A stretch of DNA of 64,000 bases, from positions 1 to 64,000 of the IMG/VR virus record IMGVR_UViG_3300037400_002261; one strand, given 5' to 3'. Below the pieces are notes generated by a model. That model ran no database searches, was not told the DNA's origin, and saw only the letters and a program-made list of their open reading frames with translations. This document shows positions 28,477 to 39,098 of this stretch, piece after piece (the first letter of the stretch is position 1; each line of letters begins with the position of its first letter). Source of the stretch: a virus. Its lineage: Duplodnaviria > Caudoviricetes. A program made the translations under genes and the position numbers.

Positions 28477-29517
28477 ATGGAAAACAATACTGTAAATGAT
28501 ACCGCAAAAGATGCCGTGAAAGATACTGCTCTTACACCAATTACTCGTGAAGAACTTGCAACATTTTATGAAGCATCTCGCATTAGTACTATTGATATTA
28601 TTAACACTACATTATCAAAAAGCTTTGAGAAATATGATAAAGTGTTTACAGATGCAATGAGTACAATTACAGATGCAATCAGAACAATTGGCATTAATTA
28701 TGACAATGCAATTCTTGATGTTAATAAGAACGTTGTGAAGATTATAGATGAATTTAACAAATTGGAGAAATCTCGCAACGAAGAAATGGTTGCTGCTCAG
28801 AAAGCTTCTATTGAAGCTATTAATGGTATTGCCGAAAAAATTGATAATGCTGCATCACTGTCTCGCAAACAGTTTTATGCTATTCATGGGAATAAAGATA
28901 AAACACTGAATCCACTCTTTGCTTCTCCTATTTATAATAAAGAGCAGCAGCTTTTGTGGATGGAAAAATCAAAAGGAATTATCAGCGGTGCTTGTCTGAG
29001 CAAAGGTATTAATAAAGGTAATGTATACAAATATATTTATTCTGCAATTTCTGAAAAATATAATTTGGATGAATTACTTAAAGAATACCGCACCACTTAC
29101 AACTTCCCGAATGCAACTATGATGGAAATGATTGCAGCATCTGATGCTCTTAGAAGTGCATTTATTCTTCATTATGAAAGATATATAAAGAAATGGAATA
29201 ATGGCTGCGCTGCTAAGTCGGTAAAAGAAGATACTACATATATAATAGATATTAATGATAATCTTAATCGTATTTATTCTACTGTTAGTAAGTTATCTTC
29301 TACTGGAAAACGTCAAGGAACTGTTTATAAGAAATCATATTCTATTGTTAGTAAGGCTAATAATTTTGATGTTTATCAAGTCGCAGATTCTATAATTAAG
29401 GAACATCATCTCCGTAAAGATACTTCTGTTCCAGTTGCTATTTCATATGATAACGAGCTTACTGAAAAATTCTGTGAAGCAATTGAAAAATATTTGAAGG
29501 AGAGAAAAAATGGCTGA
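28477..29517 (+). CDS. Hypothetical helical protein
   Basis: 346-aa ORF; AAAGGAG RBS. Confidence 0.8.
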   Translation: MENNTVNDTAKDAVKDTALTPITREELATFYEASRISTIDIINTTLSKSFEKYDKVFTDAMSTITDAIRTIGINYDNAILDVNKNVVKIIDEFNKLEKSRNEEMVAAQKASIEAINGIAEKIDNAASLSRKQFYAIHGNKDKTLNPLFASPIYNKEQQLLWMEKSKGIISGACLSKGINKGNVYKYIYSAISEKYNLDELLKEYRTTYNFPNATMMEMIAASDALRSAFILHYERYIKKWNNGCAAKSVKEDTTYIIDINDNLNRIYSTVSKLSSTGKRQGTVYKKSYSIVSKANNFDVYQVADSIIKEHHLRKDTSVPVAISYDNELTEKFCEAIEKYLKERKNG

Positions 29518-30313
29518 GAAATATTACATTACTAATGGCAATAAAGTAATTGGTTCTGTAAATGGAAAAGCTTATGGTGTTGTTAGTGGTTCAATTGATT
29601 TAGCGCAGAGATTTAAATATTCTGATGCAATACAGTTTTTAAGTAAGAATATGACTGGAGATCTTACCTGGGGAATTCAAAAATTTTTCTCTGTTAAATC
29701 TGGTAAAAATTATATTATTACCAATGCTATGAATTTTGCAGCTGACAAAGGAAGTATAGCAAACAAATTTGCAAATGCAAAATCATTTCGAAGTATTGCA
29801 GATGCTGATGCATATATCCGTAATCATAGGGAATTAACTAAATCTTTTGGTGATTGTTTTATAGTTAATGAAAAACTTGAAGTAGTAAGTAGTGGTGAAT
29901 GTAAAAAATTTACAGATGAACAGCTGAATATTCTTGGGAAAAAACGTAAAGCACCGAGAACTATTTTATCAAAAGATAAAAGAATTAATATTTATAATAA
30001 ATCAAATCATTTTTGTTCTTTGTGCGGAAGACCATTAGATTATTCAGAAATGACAGTTGACCACATTATTCCGATTTCTCGTGGCGGGGAAAATGAAGAA
30101 AATAATCTCCGCTGTGTATGTGAAGAATGTAATAAACTTAAGGGAAGTCGTATGGATAATGAGATGTATACTGGACTTATAAAAATATGTTCGACAAAAG
30201 CATATAGTGATCCAGATAATGATATTTGGAATATGCTGATAAGGAGCAAGGTACGTGGTACTATAAATAAATATGGAAATAGGCAAATAGCATCAATTGG
30301 AGATAATAACTAA
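29510..30313 (+). CDS. HNH endonuclease
   Basis: CSLCG...TVDHIIP.SRGG.N...NL.CVC..CN..K. Confidence 0.85.
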   Translation: MAEKYYITNGNKVIGSVNGKAYGVVSGSIDLAQRFKYSDAIQFLSKNMTGDLTWGIQKFFSVKSGKNYIITNAMNFAADKGSIANKFANAKSFRSIADADAYIRNHRELTKSFGDCFIVNEKLEVVSSGECKKFTDEQLNILGKKRKAPRTILSKDKRINIYNKSNHFCSLCGRPLDYSEMTVDHIIPISRGGENEENNLRCVCEECNKLKGSRMDNEMYTGLIKICSTKAYSDPDNDIWNMLIRSKVRGTINKYGNRQIASIGDNN

Positions 30314-30404
30314 TTGTTATAAATATTAAAAACGTTTTATATTTCCAGAGGTCTATTGGCTTCTGGAAATTATTAATTCTAACTAAATTGGGGAGTGATA
30401 GTTA

Positions 30405-33122
30405 TTGGGTGAATACGGATGGAAAATAAAAAACTTTAAAGCGGCAACTGTATATGGTAAAAACATCGGCATACGAGATAGATATGATTATACTGAAGCA
30501 ATGTTACATCATTCTCTATTTACTCGCTGGCTAAAAAATAACGGAATGCAAACCGACAAGAAGGATGAATCTACAAAAGATATTATCTGTATGGATTTTC
30601 AGTTTGGGCTTCGTAGTTATAAAGAAGAATTATCTCATTTAAAACAGATGCGGAAAGATGCTGGTGATAATACCGAGAAGCTTCAGCAAATAGATGAGAT
30701 TGAAGCAAAGGTTAACTCTAAAAAAGATTTATATAAAAAAATTAGTAAAGACCAAATTCGTAAAATATTTTACGAAGATGGAGTATCAATCACTTATTCT
30801 TATTTAGATAAAAAAACAGATGTGGTGATTTCAGAGACAATTCATTATAAGATGTTATATAGAAATCCGTCTAAAGCCAAACAGGGTTCTGTAATGTTTA
30901 TTCGTGAAGAACTGTATGACAAAGCATATGATTGGCTTACTATGGGAATTGGAAAACGTCTTCCTCATCATGGAGCGAAGATTGTGGAGATCTCCGCATA
31001 CGCTCCTCTCTCAACATCTGCAATAGAAAGAACTGTTCATATTGATATTGATGATGTGTTAATACTGAAAGATCAGGATAGTTATTTCAGGACAATTGCT
31101 GATATTGTCAGAGCGGAAGATTATGAAGTCACTTTGAAAAATGGCAAGAAAGAAATTAGAAAACGCTGCACTGTTCATAGGGAAGAAACAGATGTAAAAA
31201 ACACTTTATGGGATGGAATGGCTTTAATAGAAACAAGTATTATGCCAGATGAATGTAATGGTATGGCATTGCTAAGAAATCATTTTTTTAAGGCATGTGC
31301 TTTTAGAACTAGAATACAAGAATTTATTCAGGATTATTGTTTAGAAAATGATATAGACTATGATACATATACAATAGAGGATATTTTTGGAATAAAGCAT
31401 CTCGCAAAGAATGTCAAGATAATAACTACTGATAATGCTATTAAGTGGAAAAAATTTGTTGATTTAATGGGCGGTACTCTTCCACTGGCTTATGATTATT
31501 GGTGTAATCGTGTTAATAAAGATGGCTCGATCTGGGGGATAGTAAAAACAGATCATCCTAGTAAACTTGGTAGCGTTCAGCAGATGAGCTATCAAATGAT
31601 TAATACTCTTCCGTGTGAAGAAAAAGATATCAGAGAGATAGCGCAAACAAGTATTAATTATGTTGAATTATTAAAATCTAATAATGATGAGTTTGAAAAA
31701 TTTCTTCGCAAGAATTCTACTGCTGTGAATCATTATGAAATGTTGGCAGATTTATATAGATGGAATCATGATTTCGAAAACAGTAAAATGTGGAAGGTTG
31801 ATAAATCTAAAATTATAAGTCAGTATGTCGCAAAATTGCGCAAGGGTAAGATAACAGTAAATGGTGATAATATAACTGTTTGTGGAAATCCATATGCCCT
31901 TTTACTTTATACTGTCGGAGAGGATTGGAATAATGACCCAACACTTCTTCCAGAAGAAGGAGTTATTCAAGTATATACCAAAAGATTTGATGATGGAGAA
32001 TATCTATGTGGTATTCGCAACCCCCACAATTCAGCAAATAATATTGGTTATTTTAAAAATGTTCACCATCCATTAATGGAAGAATATTTTGAATTTAGTA
32101 ATAATATAATGGCTGTCAATTGTATCCATACTGATATACAGTCACGTATGAATGGCGAAGATTTTGATTCAGATTTTAATTTTGTTACAAATCAACCGCA
32201 GATGGTTGAAGCTGCCAGAATAGCTTATAGAGATTATCCTACTGTTGTTAATGAAGTTGGCGAAAGCGGTTTATCATATAATAACACAATGTCTGAATAT
32301 GCGAGAATGGACTCAAATATGCAGAGTGCGCAGAAAGCTATAGGTGGAGCAAGTGATACTGCTCAGTTGTCTCAAAGTTATTATTGGTCTAAGGTTGATA
32401 AAAAAGAATTTGATGATGATTGTAAGCAATATTATGAGAATACTGTAATACTGGCTGTTGCAGCTCAGTTGGCAATAGATGGATGTAAGAGAGTTTATGA
32501 GGTTGATGTTAACGATGATATTGCCAGAATAAGATCTCAGCCGTGTATGAAAAAAGCGAATGATTATCCGAATTTTATGAGGTGGACTCATGAGATTCCA
32601 GTTACTAAAAATGGTAAAGAAAGACCTCAAGAGGATATTGCTAAAGATAAGGATAGAGTTAAAAGAAGAATAGATGAAAGTATTGTATGTCCTATGAACT
32701 GGTTACAAAACTGTTTAGATAAAATACAAGGTTCTGAAAAAAAAGATATCGTAGATACTCAAAAATATTTTATCAATTTTCCAGGATGGGCTAATAATCG
32801 GCAAATGTCCAAGATACGTCAGTTGATTGAAGATTATGATGGTTATACAAAAAGAATTATGTTATTAATGAAAGATGATAATGATAATGATGATTATATT
32901 AATTTGTTAGGATTAAAAACGGAAGAAGTTCTATCTGAATTAAAAAAATATAAATTATCAAAATATACAATGAATAGATTAATAGGTAGTGTATTAGGAA
33001 TTGATTTAGGTGTTGGTAATCAATATAAATATCACCAATCTTCAAAGTATGTAAGAAAGACTTTAAATTTAATGTATCGAACTAACAGAGAATTATTCTT
33101 ACAAAATTTTATTAAAGCTTAA
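30405..33122 (+). CDS. yonO: YonO-like single-subunit DNA-dependent RNA polymerase
   Basis: 905 aa; catalytic-loop variant RMNGEDFDSD (DFDSD at 32160-32174), RNPH, RNHFFKACAF, AQLAID; followed by HU as in SPbeta yonO-yonN. Confidence 0.8.
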   Translation: MGEYGWKIKNFKAATVYGKNIGIRDRYDYTEAMLHHSLFTRWLKNNGMQTDKKDESTKDIICMDFQFGLRSYKEELSHLKQMRKDAGDNTEKLQQIDEIEAKVNSKKDLYKKISKDQIRKIFYEDGVSITYSYLDKKTDVVISETIHYKMLYRNPSKAKQGSVMFIREELYDKAYDWLTMGIGKRLPHHGAKIVEISAYAPLSTSAIERTVHIDIDDVLILKDQDSYFRTIADIVRAEDYEVTLKNGKKEIRKRCTVHREETDVKNTLWDGMALIETSIMPDECNGMALLRNHFFKACAFRTRIQEFIQDYCLENDIDYDTYTIEDIFGIKHLAKNVKIITTDNAIKWKKFVDLMGGTLPLAYDYWCNRVNKDGSIWGIVKTDHPSKLGSVQQMSYQMINTLPCEEKDIREIAQTSINYVELLKSNNDEFEKFLRKNSTAVNHYEMLADLYRWNHDFENSKMWKVDKSKIISQYVAKLRKGKITVNGDNITVCGNPYALLLYTVGEDWNNDPTLLPEEGVIQVYTKRFDDGEYLCGIRNPHNSANNIGYFKNVHHPLMEEYFEFSNNIMAVNCIHTDIQSRMNGEDFDSDFNFVTNQPQMVEAARIAYRDYPTVVNEVGESGLSYNNTMSEYARMDSNMQSAQKAIGGASDTAQLSQSYYWSKVDKKEFDDDCKQYYENTVILAVAAQLAIDGCKRVYEVDVNDDIARIRSQPCMKKANDYPNFMRWTHEIPVTKNGKERPQEDIAKDKDRVKRRIDESIVCPMNWLQNCLDKIQGSEKKDIVDTQKYFINFPGWANNRQMSKIRQLIEDYDGYTKRIMLLMKDDNDNDDYINLLGLKTEEVLSELKKYKLSKYTMNRLIGSVLGIDLGVGNQYKYHQSSKYVRKTLNLMYRTNRELFLQNFIKA

Positions 33123-33381
33123 AATACTTAAGGGTATATGATTTGAATTTATTATTTTTCAATAAATGCTTGCATTTTCGTATTTTTATTAAATTCTTTT
33201 ATATGAGGGAAAAGCGATATTTTCTTATCTACCGCTATTGCCGAGTGCGGTATAAATAAATATGGGTTCATGAATAAAAGCTAATAATACCTTTGGATGT
33301 GGGTTTAGGTTAAACATCTATTGCGCAATTTCTATATAAAAAATTATTAAACTATTACTTGATTAAAAGGAGAAAAAGGAT

Positions 33382-33654
33382 ATGAAGAAAATTGATTTTA
33401 TTAAGTTATTTGCAGAAAAGGCTAATATTACCCAGAAGGATGCAAGAGAAATTAGTGCAGCTTATTGGGATGCTATTTTTGAAGCTATGAAGGACGAAGA
33501 TGGAGTGTCTCCTGTTCAGGGTGTTAAGTTTGTAACAGTACACAAGGATTCACGTACTGCAAGAAATCCGCTTACTGGAGAATCAATCGTAGTTCCTGAG
33601 AAGGATGTGCCGAAGGTTAAGTTCGGTGCTAGTGTAAAAGATATGTTTAAGTAA
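33382..33654 (+). CDS. HU-like histone-like DNA-binding protein (YonN-like)
   Basis: RTARNPLTGESI.VP...VPKVK.G signature. Confidence 0.9.
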   Translation: MKKIDFIKLFAEKANITQKDAREISAAYWDAIFEAMKDEDGVSPVQGVKFVTVHKDSRTARNPLTGESIVVPEKDVPKVKFGASVKDMFK

Positions 33655-33757
33655 TTAGGTTGTTTAAGTAATTTGAATATTACTGACTACTCCAACCTCT
33701 CCCCAAACTGGGGTAGTCAGATAATATATTATTCCCAGTATAACTGCTGGGATTAAT

Positions 33758-33828
33758 GAGTATGTGGTGTAATCAGGTAGCACAGGTCATTTGGGATGAT
33801 CAGGAGGCGTTCAAATCGCACATATTCA
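33758..33828 (+). tRNA. tRNA-Pro(TGG) with an imperfect T-stem
   Basis: Acceptor GAGTATG/CATATTC, D-stem GTGT/GCAC, anticodon arm GGTCA-TT TGG GA-TGATC, TTCAAAT loop. Confidence 0.65.
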
Positions 33829-33872
33829 ACTATCAGTGATGATGCTGATTACAAAACTAAAATACAATTTTT

Positions 33873-33899
33873 AGGAGAGTCTCCCCACTCTCCTTTTTT
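33873..33899 (+). terminator. Intrinsic terminator
   Basis: AGGAGAGT/ACTCTCCT stem plus T run. Confidence 0.6.
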
Positions 33900-33921
33900 A
33901 TTGTAAATAAATAATAAGGAT

Positions 33922-34119
33922 GTGAAAAAGTTGATTGATATTACAAAAGACGAAATGGAATATCTTGTAAGTAAAGGAAGACTTAATGATATCCATCTTG
34001 CTTCTGCTACCCACAAGTCAGGATATAAAACAAGGTTTGTAACTGAATCTCCAAAAACATTGAAACTTTTGGAAGAGTATAGAAAAAATCAAATTGTCAT
34101 GACTTATGATGGGCGGTGA
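33922..34119 (+). CDS. Small hypothetical protein
   Basis: ORF track; overlaps the next start. Confidence 0.7.
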   Translation: MKKLIDITKDEMEYLVSKGRLNDIHLASATHKSGYKTRFVTESPKTLKLLEEYRKNQIVMTYDGR

Positions 34120-35339
34120 ATTGCATGAAGTATTTTCTTGATACAAATGTTTTATTAGAAGATATAAGTTATTATTCTTCTCTTCAATTTTTATTATCTT
34201 CTGAAACATTGATTGAACTTGAGAGAATCAAAACTAATAGAAATAGAACTGAAGATATTCGGGCTGCGGCTCGTAATGCTATAAAATGGCTTGCCGACAA
34301 TCCTAACGGATACGAGGTTATTCAATATTGTGATGCTATATATCACGAACTATGTAAACTTGAAATTGGTTATTCAGATGATGTAACTGATATTAGGATA
34401 TGCGGTTGTGTATGGTTGGCAACAAAATTATATCCAGATGAAGAAATAATATTTGTAACTCACGATCTTAGCTGTAGAAATATAGCTGAGAAAATTTTTA
34501 AATTAAACGTTGAATGGTTTGATAGTAAGGAACAAATATATAAGGGTTATAAAGAAATATCTGGTAATACTGAGTATATTAATGAATATATGGCTAATAT
34601 AGATTTATCAACTTGGTATACTAATGAATATTGTTTAATTAATAATACTGATGATAATACTCATAAAGAAATGAGATTTGATGGTACAATGTTCGTTCCG
34701 CTAAAATTACCACCTTCTAAATATATAAAAGGTAAGAACTCATTACAACGTTGTGCTCTGGATATGTTAAATAATCCATCTATAACCATATGTGCTATTT
34801 TGGGTGGATATGGTTCTGGAAAGACTATGTTAAGTACAAAGTGTGCTTTAATGTCTGTTCAGGAAAAAGGGTGGCAATCAAAAATAATAACCCTTAGAGA
34901 AATAGTTTCTGAGGGAAAAGAAATTGGTTATCTTCCAGGAGAGAAAGACACAAAGATTCTAGATTTCATGTTACCTTTTGCTGATCAGCTTGATGGCGGG
35001 GAATTCGAATTAGAATCTTTAAAACAGCGTGGAGTTATTGAAGCAAATACTCCTTATTTTATTAAAGGTAGAACTTTTAACGAAAGTATCCTGCTTGTCG
35101 ATGAAGCGGAAGATTTAACTGAAAAACAAATTAGATTAATTGGTACGAGGGTCGGACAGAACTCTCGTGTTTTTTATACTGGTGATTATTCGCAAAGTGT
35201 TATTAACCCAACAAAAAATAATGCTTTAACAAAAATGTGTAATGAATTAAAAGGGAATGAAATGTTTGCTTGTATTTATTTGGAAGATGATGTTCGCAGT
35301 GAAACAAGTAAACTTTTTGCAAATTTATTTAAAAAATAA
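34116..35339 (+). CDS. phoH: PIN-PhoH protein (PhoH2-like)
   Basis: FLDTNVLL PIN start, THD; GGYGSGKT, IGYLPG, KGRTF, DEAED, TGD..Q, RSE. Confidence 0.9.
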   Translation: MNCMKYFLDTNVLLEDISYYSSLQFLLSSETLIELERIKTNRNRTEDIRAAARNAIKWLADNPNGYEVIQYCDAIYHELCKLEIGYSDDVTDIRICGCVWLATKLYPDEEIIFVTHDLSCRNIAEKIFKLNVEWFDSKEQIYKGYKEISGNTEYINEYMANIDLSTWYTNEYCLINNTDDNTHKEMRFDGTMFVPLKLPPSKYIKGKNSLQRCALDMLNNPSITICAILGGYGSGKTMLSTKCALMSVQEKGWQSKIITLREIVSEGKEIGYLPGEKDTKILDFMLPFADQLDGGEFELESLKQRGVIEANTPYFIKGRTFNESILLVDEAEDLTEKQIRLIGTRVGQNSRVFYTGDYSQSVINPTKNNALTKMCNELKGNEMFACIYLEDDVRSETSKLFANLFKK

Positions 35340-35362
35340 AAATATAAGGAGAATAAAAGAAT

Positions 35363-35689
35363 ATGGTTATTAGAAGTATTGAAGATAATGCAATTGAAAA
35401 AAACAATGATATTAATGGTAAGGTAGTAAGAAATCCGAGACTTGCTCGTCAGATACTTGCAAAAGGTGGAAAAGATGTATGGCTTTTTGATATTAAGCCA
35501 GATAGAGATAATCCGCAAAAGTCAGTATATATCTTTGAAAATACCGACAAGTTTCAGGAAGTACTTTCTTCTGTTTTAGATGAAAACAGACAGTCTCGCA
35601 AATCTAACGAAGATGACCTTATTCGTAAGATGGAAGAAATGCAGAAGAAACTTGATGAACTTACAAAACTTAACGAAGCAAAGGAGTGA
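35363..35689 (+). CDS. DUF5659-like small phage protein
   Basis: LAR.IL..G....DIKPD..NP..SVYIFE.T pattern. Confidence 0.6.
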   Translation: MVIRSIEDNAIEKNNDINGKVVRNPRLARQILAKGGKDVWLFDIKPDRDNPQKSVYIFENTDKFQEVLSSVLDENRQSRKSNEDDLIRKMEEMQKKLDELTKLNEAKE

Positions 35690-36307
35690 TTGCGGATGGA
35701 AGAATTTTTAATCTCTAGCAATGGAGATCAGATGTCTATTTATGAAGAAACATATCGTTCTTTTTTAAGTGATAGATGTATTATTTTTTGCGGAGAAATT
35801 GGTGATGGTGTAATTGATGATGCCATTATGTATATCTTAAAATGGAATAAAGAAGATAAAGATCTTCCTATTGAAAAGAGAAAGAAAATCCGCTTATATA
35901 TTAGTTCTGTTGGTGGTTCAACATTTTCTGCTAATATGTTAATAGATGTTATTGCACAAAGTAAGACTCCAGTAATTGGTGTAGCACTTGATCTTGTAGC
36001 ATCAGCAGCTTATCTTTGCTATCTTGCTTGTCATGAGCGTTATGCATTTGAGAATAGTTCATTCCTTCAACACGAGGGAGATCTTTCAATTGGAAATTCT
36101 AGATCGAAATTTAAACAAACAGCTGAGTTCTTTGATATGATGGAAAACCGTTCTAAAGAATTTATTTTGAGTAGAACTAAAATGACAAGTGAATTTTACG
36201 ATTCTGTTTATGAACAGGAATATTGGCTTTATGCTGATAAAGCGCAAGAACTCGGTATTGTTGATAAGATCGTGGGAAAAGATTGTAGTATTGATGAAGT
36301 ATTATAA
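35690..36307 (+). CDS. clpP: ClpP-like serine peptidase
   Basis: R.I...GEI, I.LYISS.GG, ASAA (Ser), LQH (His), EYWLYA..A.ELGIVD. Confidence 0.85.
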   Translation: MRMEEFLISSNGDQMSIYEETYRSFLSDRCIIFCGEIGDGVIDDAIMYILKWNKEDKDLPIEKRKKIRLYISSVGGSTFSANMLIDVIAQSKTPVIGVALDLVASAAYLCYLACHERYAFENSSFLQHEGDLSIGNSRSKFKQTAEFFDMMENRSKEFILSRTKMTSEFYDSVYEQEYWLYADKAQELGIVDKIVGKDCSIDEVL

Positions 36308-36309
36308 TG

Positions 36310-36339
36310 ATGGAGAGTAATTACTACTCTCCATTTTTT
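36310..36339 (+). terminator. Intrinsic terminator
   Basis: ATGGAGAGTA/TACTCTCCAT plus T run. Confidence 0.65.
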
Positions 36340-36356
36340 ATATTGGAGTATAAATA

Positions 36357-36557
36357 ATGACAGATTTTATTTTAGGTAAGATTGATTGTGTAGAAGTATT
36401 AAATGCTATGAAGCAAAATACTTTTAGACCTAGCTTTCAACATTGTTATAACGTAAAACACAGACCAACATATACATTTGTCAATTGTTGTGATGAAAAT
36501 GGGAATATTATAATAAAAAGATTTGATGTAATAAAAGGCGTGTTTGTTGATAACTAA
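36357..36557 (+). CDS. Hypothetical protein
   Basis: ORF track; GGAG RBS. Confidence 0.55.
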   Translation: MTDFILGKIDCVEVLNAMKQNTFRPSFQHCYNVKHRPTYTFVNCCDENGNIIIKRFDVIKGVFVDN

Positions 36558-36585
36558 ATAAATCTTATGGAGGTAAAAGGATTAA

Positions 36586-36903
36586 ATGGAGATAGATAAA
36601 TTAATTGAATTATTAACTGCTAGTCCAGAGATTGCTAATGCAACTATCACTGGGATTTTTAATCAGTATAAACCAATATTATATTTAGTTCTTAATGAAA
36701 TATTTAAGATGTATAGTGATTTGGCATATAATGATGAATACTTTAAAACATCTGCTCATTATACACGTAATAGATTTAATGCGCTTGTTAATGAGGGATT
36801 TACCGAAGATCAGGCAATGGAAATTATGTTGGCTGAAATGAGACAAGTTCGTGAAAGTGCTCAAAGGGTAACTTCTAGAACTTCAACAAGAAATAATAAA
36901 TGA
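36586..36903 (+). CDS. Hypothetical protein
   Basis: ORF track; GFTEDQA segment. Confidence 0.75.
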   Translation: MEIDKLIELLTASPEIANATITGIFNQYKPILYLVLNEIFKMYSDLAYNDEYFKTSAHYTRNRFNALVNEGFTEDQAMEIMLAEMRQVRESAQRVTSRTSTRNNK

Positions 36904-36923
36904 TGAAAAGGAGATAAAAGGAT

Positions 36924-37142
36924 ATGCAGAATTATAAGTATAATAAAGTAACAACTGAAAAATTTAATATTAAAGGCGAACTTTCTGATGATTGCAAAAC
37001 AATCAGATATATTGATGGTGACAAGGAAGAACAGGAAATTTCAGTGGCAAAATGTTTTGAGAAATTTGCTGGTCAGGAAATTGCACTTTCTCTTATGCTT
37101 AAGACAGATGAGGATCTTTCGGACGAATTTGAGGAGGAATAA
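36924..37142 (+). CDS. yonK: YonK-like small acidic protein
   Basis: FNIKG.L...F.G.EI.LS pattern; directly before a YonJ-like gene as in SPbeta. Confidence 0.6.
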   Translation: MQNYKYNKVTTEKFNIKGELSDDCKTIRYIDGDKEEQEISVAKCFEKFAGQEIALSLMLKTDEDLSDEFEEE

Positions 37143-37145
37143 TCC

Positions 37146-38348
37146 ATGACTCCTGATGAATTAAATAAAAAGCCAGACGAAAGTGAGTTGGCTTATATAT
37201 TACGGATTGGCAGTGCAAAAGCTGCTGGTCTGTTAGATATGACTTGGGCTGAGTTGGCAAATATATTTAATAAAAATTTGAGAGAACCTGGGCAAGAATA
37301 TAACGAGAGTACTTATAGAAAGAAGTTCGCTTCTATTCGTCAGTTTGGCGATGAATTTGGTAATAGTGATGATTACGAAGAATTAAGAAAGCTTAAAGAT
37401 GAAATCTATAAGGAAAAGCGTAAACTATTTGACCAGCGTAGAGAATATAATAAGCTTCTTACATCTGATGCGAGAGCTGAACATCTTACAGAATATATGA
37501 TTGAAGCTGCTAATAATCTTAATAAACAATATCCGTTATTGGATATTTCTGATAAGATAAATGATGGGAAAAAGGAAGCTTTAATATGTTTATCTGATTG
37601 GCATTATGGTATGGAAACTGATAATATTTGGAATAAGTATAATACATGTGTATGCCGTAATCGCATAACAATATTTATTAAATATGCCAAGAAATATCTT
37701 ACTGAACATAATATTAACACTGCGAGAATTATTCTTCTCGGTGATGCAGCCAATGGTGCTATTCATACAACTTGTCGTATAAAGTCAGAGGAGGACACTT
37801 GTGACCAAATTATGCAAGTATCTGAAATATTGGCACAAGTAATTAATGAAATTTCGTCTGTTGTTAACAATGTGATTGTTTATTCTTGTTATGGGAATCA
37901 TCTTAGAAGTGTTCAAAAAAAGGAAGATTCTATTCATTCTGATAACATGGAAAAAATTATTCCGTGGTGGCTTGAGCAACGTCTCAAAGATAATAAAAAA
38001 GTAAAAGTTGAGTATTCTAATTATAAAGAATTTACTTATATGAATATACTTGGAAAGAACATAGTTTGTATTCATGGTGATGAGTTTAATTTTAAAGATA
38101 TTGGACCAACTGTAAACACATTGTTTACTAAACTATTCGGGTGTTCTATTGATTATACAGTTTCTGGAGATAAACATCATCTTGAAGAATATGGTCAGTA
38201 TGGTATAGAGAGTATCCTTGTAAGATCTCTTTGCGGAACTGATGATTATGCTAACGGGAAACATTTATATGATAAGCCTGGGCAAACTATTATTATATTT
38301 AATGATGATTATGGTAGAGAATGTACCTACCATATTCCGTTGGATTAA
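37146..38348 (+). CDS. yonJ: YonJ-like calcineurin-family metallophosphoesterase
   Basis: LSDWHYG, LLGD, GNH, IHGD, GDKHH motifs. Confidence 0.8.
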   Translation: MTPDELNKKPDESELAYILRIGSAKAAGLLDMTWAELANIFNKNLREPGQEYNESTYRKKFASIRQFGDEFGNSDDYEELRKLKDEIYKEKRKLFDQRREYNKLLTSDARAEHLTEYMIEAANNLNKQYPLLDISDKINDGKKEALICLSDWHYGMETDNIWNKYNTCVCRNRITIFIKYAKKYLTEHNINTARIILLGDAANGAIHTTCRIKSEEDTCDQIMQVSEILAQVINEISSVVNNVIVYSCYGNHLRSVQKKEDSIHSDNMEKIIPWWLEQRLKDNKKVKVEYSNYKEFTYMNILGKNIVCIHGDEFNFKDIGPTVNTLFTKLFGCSIDYTVSGDKHHLEEYGQYGIESILVRSLCGTDDYANGKHLYDKPGQTIIIFNDDYGRECTYHIPLD

Positions 38349-38475
38349 AAGGTGTGAAATATGAAAGATATAGATTTATATTGTTGTTATTCAATAAAAC
38401 TTAGAAATTATTTAACAAATAATGATTTTAGTAAATATGAATTACCAAATATTAAATTTTAAGGAGAAGATAAAT

Positions 38476-39021
38476 ATGGAAAAGATTAATGTGTTAAGCA
38501 TTGAACATTTAGAAGATATCATGATTGAAAATTTAGAGGAAAATAAATCAGTGTCTTTGGTTTCAGATTTTGAAACTGTTTGGGAAATTGCTATGGATTT
38601 TCATAGGTATGAGGATGTTGAATTTGAGTATGTTGATATCAATACCGACTATGACAAGGAGTATTATCTTACTCTCATGATGGATGATGATAACAATGCT
38701 ACTATGGCAATTGAAAAAGCATTTTGTGAAGAAATTGATAATTATCTTGCCACAGATGGTATTGTATTTATTGAAGATACTGTTGATTATAAATATCTTA
38801 CTGATGTGAAAAATAATAAGCATTTAAAAGATGGCGATTTTACACCTATTATCTTTACATTTGATACAGATGATGAAAAAGATAATAAATGTGATGATTG
38901 TTTGTTTGGAAAAGAAGTTACTGATAGTCAGGTACGATTTTTTGTTCCAGCTTGTATGGATGAATTAGTTAAGGCTATTGATAACTTAATGGATAAATAT
39001 ATTGTGGATAATTATAGATAA
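38476..39021 (+). CDS. Acidic hypothetical protein
   Basis: Start MEKINV after AAGGAG. Confidence 0.75.
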   Translation: MEKINVLSIEHLEDIMIENLEENKSVSLVSDFETVWEIAMDFHRYEDVEFEYVDINTDYDKEYYLTLMMDDDNNATMAIEKAFCEEIDNYLATDGIVFIEDTVDYKYLTDVKNNKHLKDGDFTPIIFTFDTDDEKDNKCDDCLFGKEVTDSQVRFFVPACMDELVKAIDNLMDKYIVDNYR

Positions 39022-39066
39022 CTTCCCGTCTCCACTCTCCCACAGGTTATCTATATTATATTTATT

Positions 39067-39096
39067 GCCGCTGACATTTTGTTGGCGGCTTGTTTT
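39067..39096 (+). terminator. Terminator-like hairpin just upstream of the tRNA cluster
   Basis: GCCGCTGACA/TGTTGGCGGC plus TTGTTTT. Confidence 0.5.
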
Positions 39097-39098
39097 AT

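Noticed and set aside
38361-38462. 33-aa ORF MKDIDLYCCYSIKLRNYL...
   Set aside because: Looks like a truncated remnant of a small phage protein; too short to call confidently.
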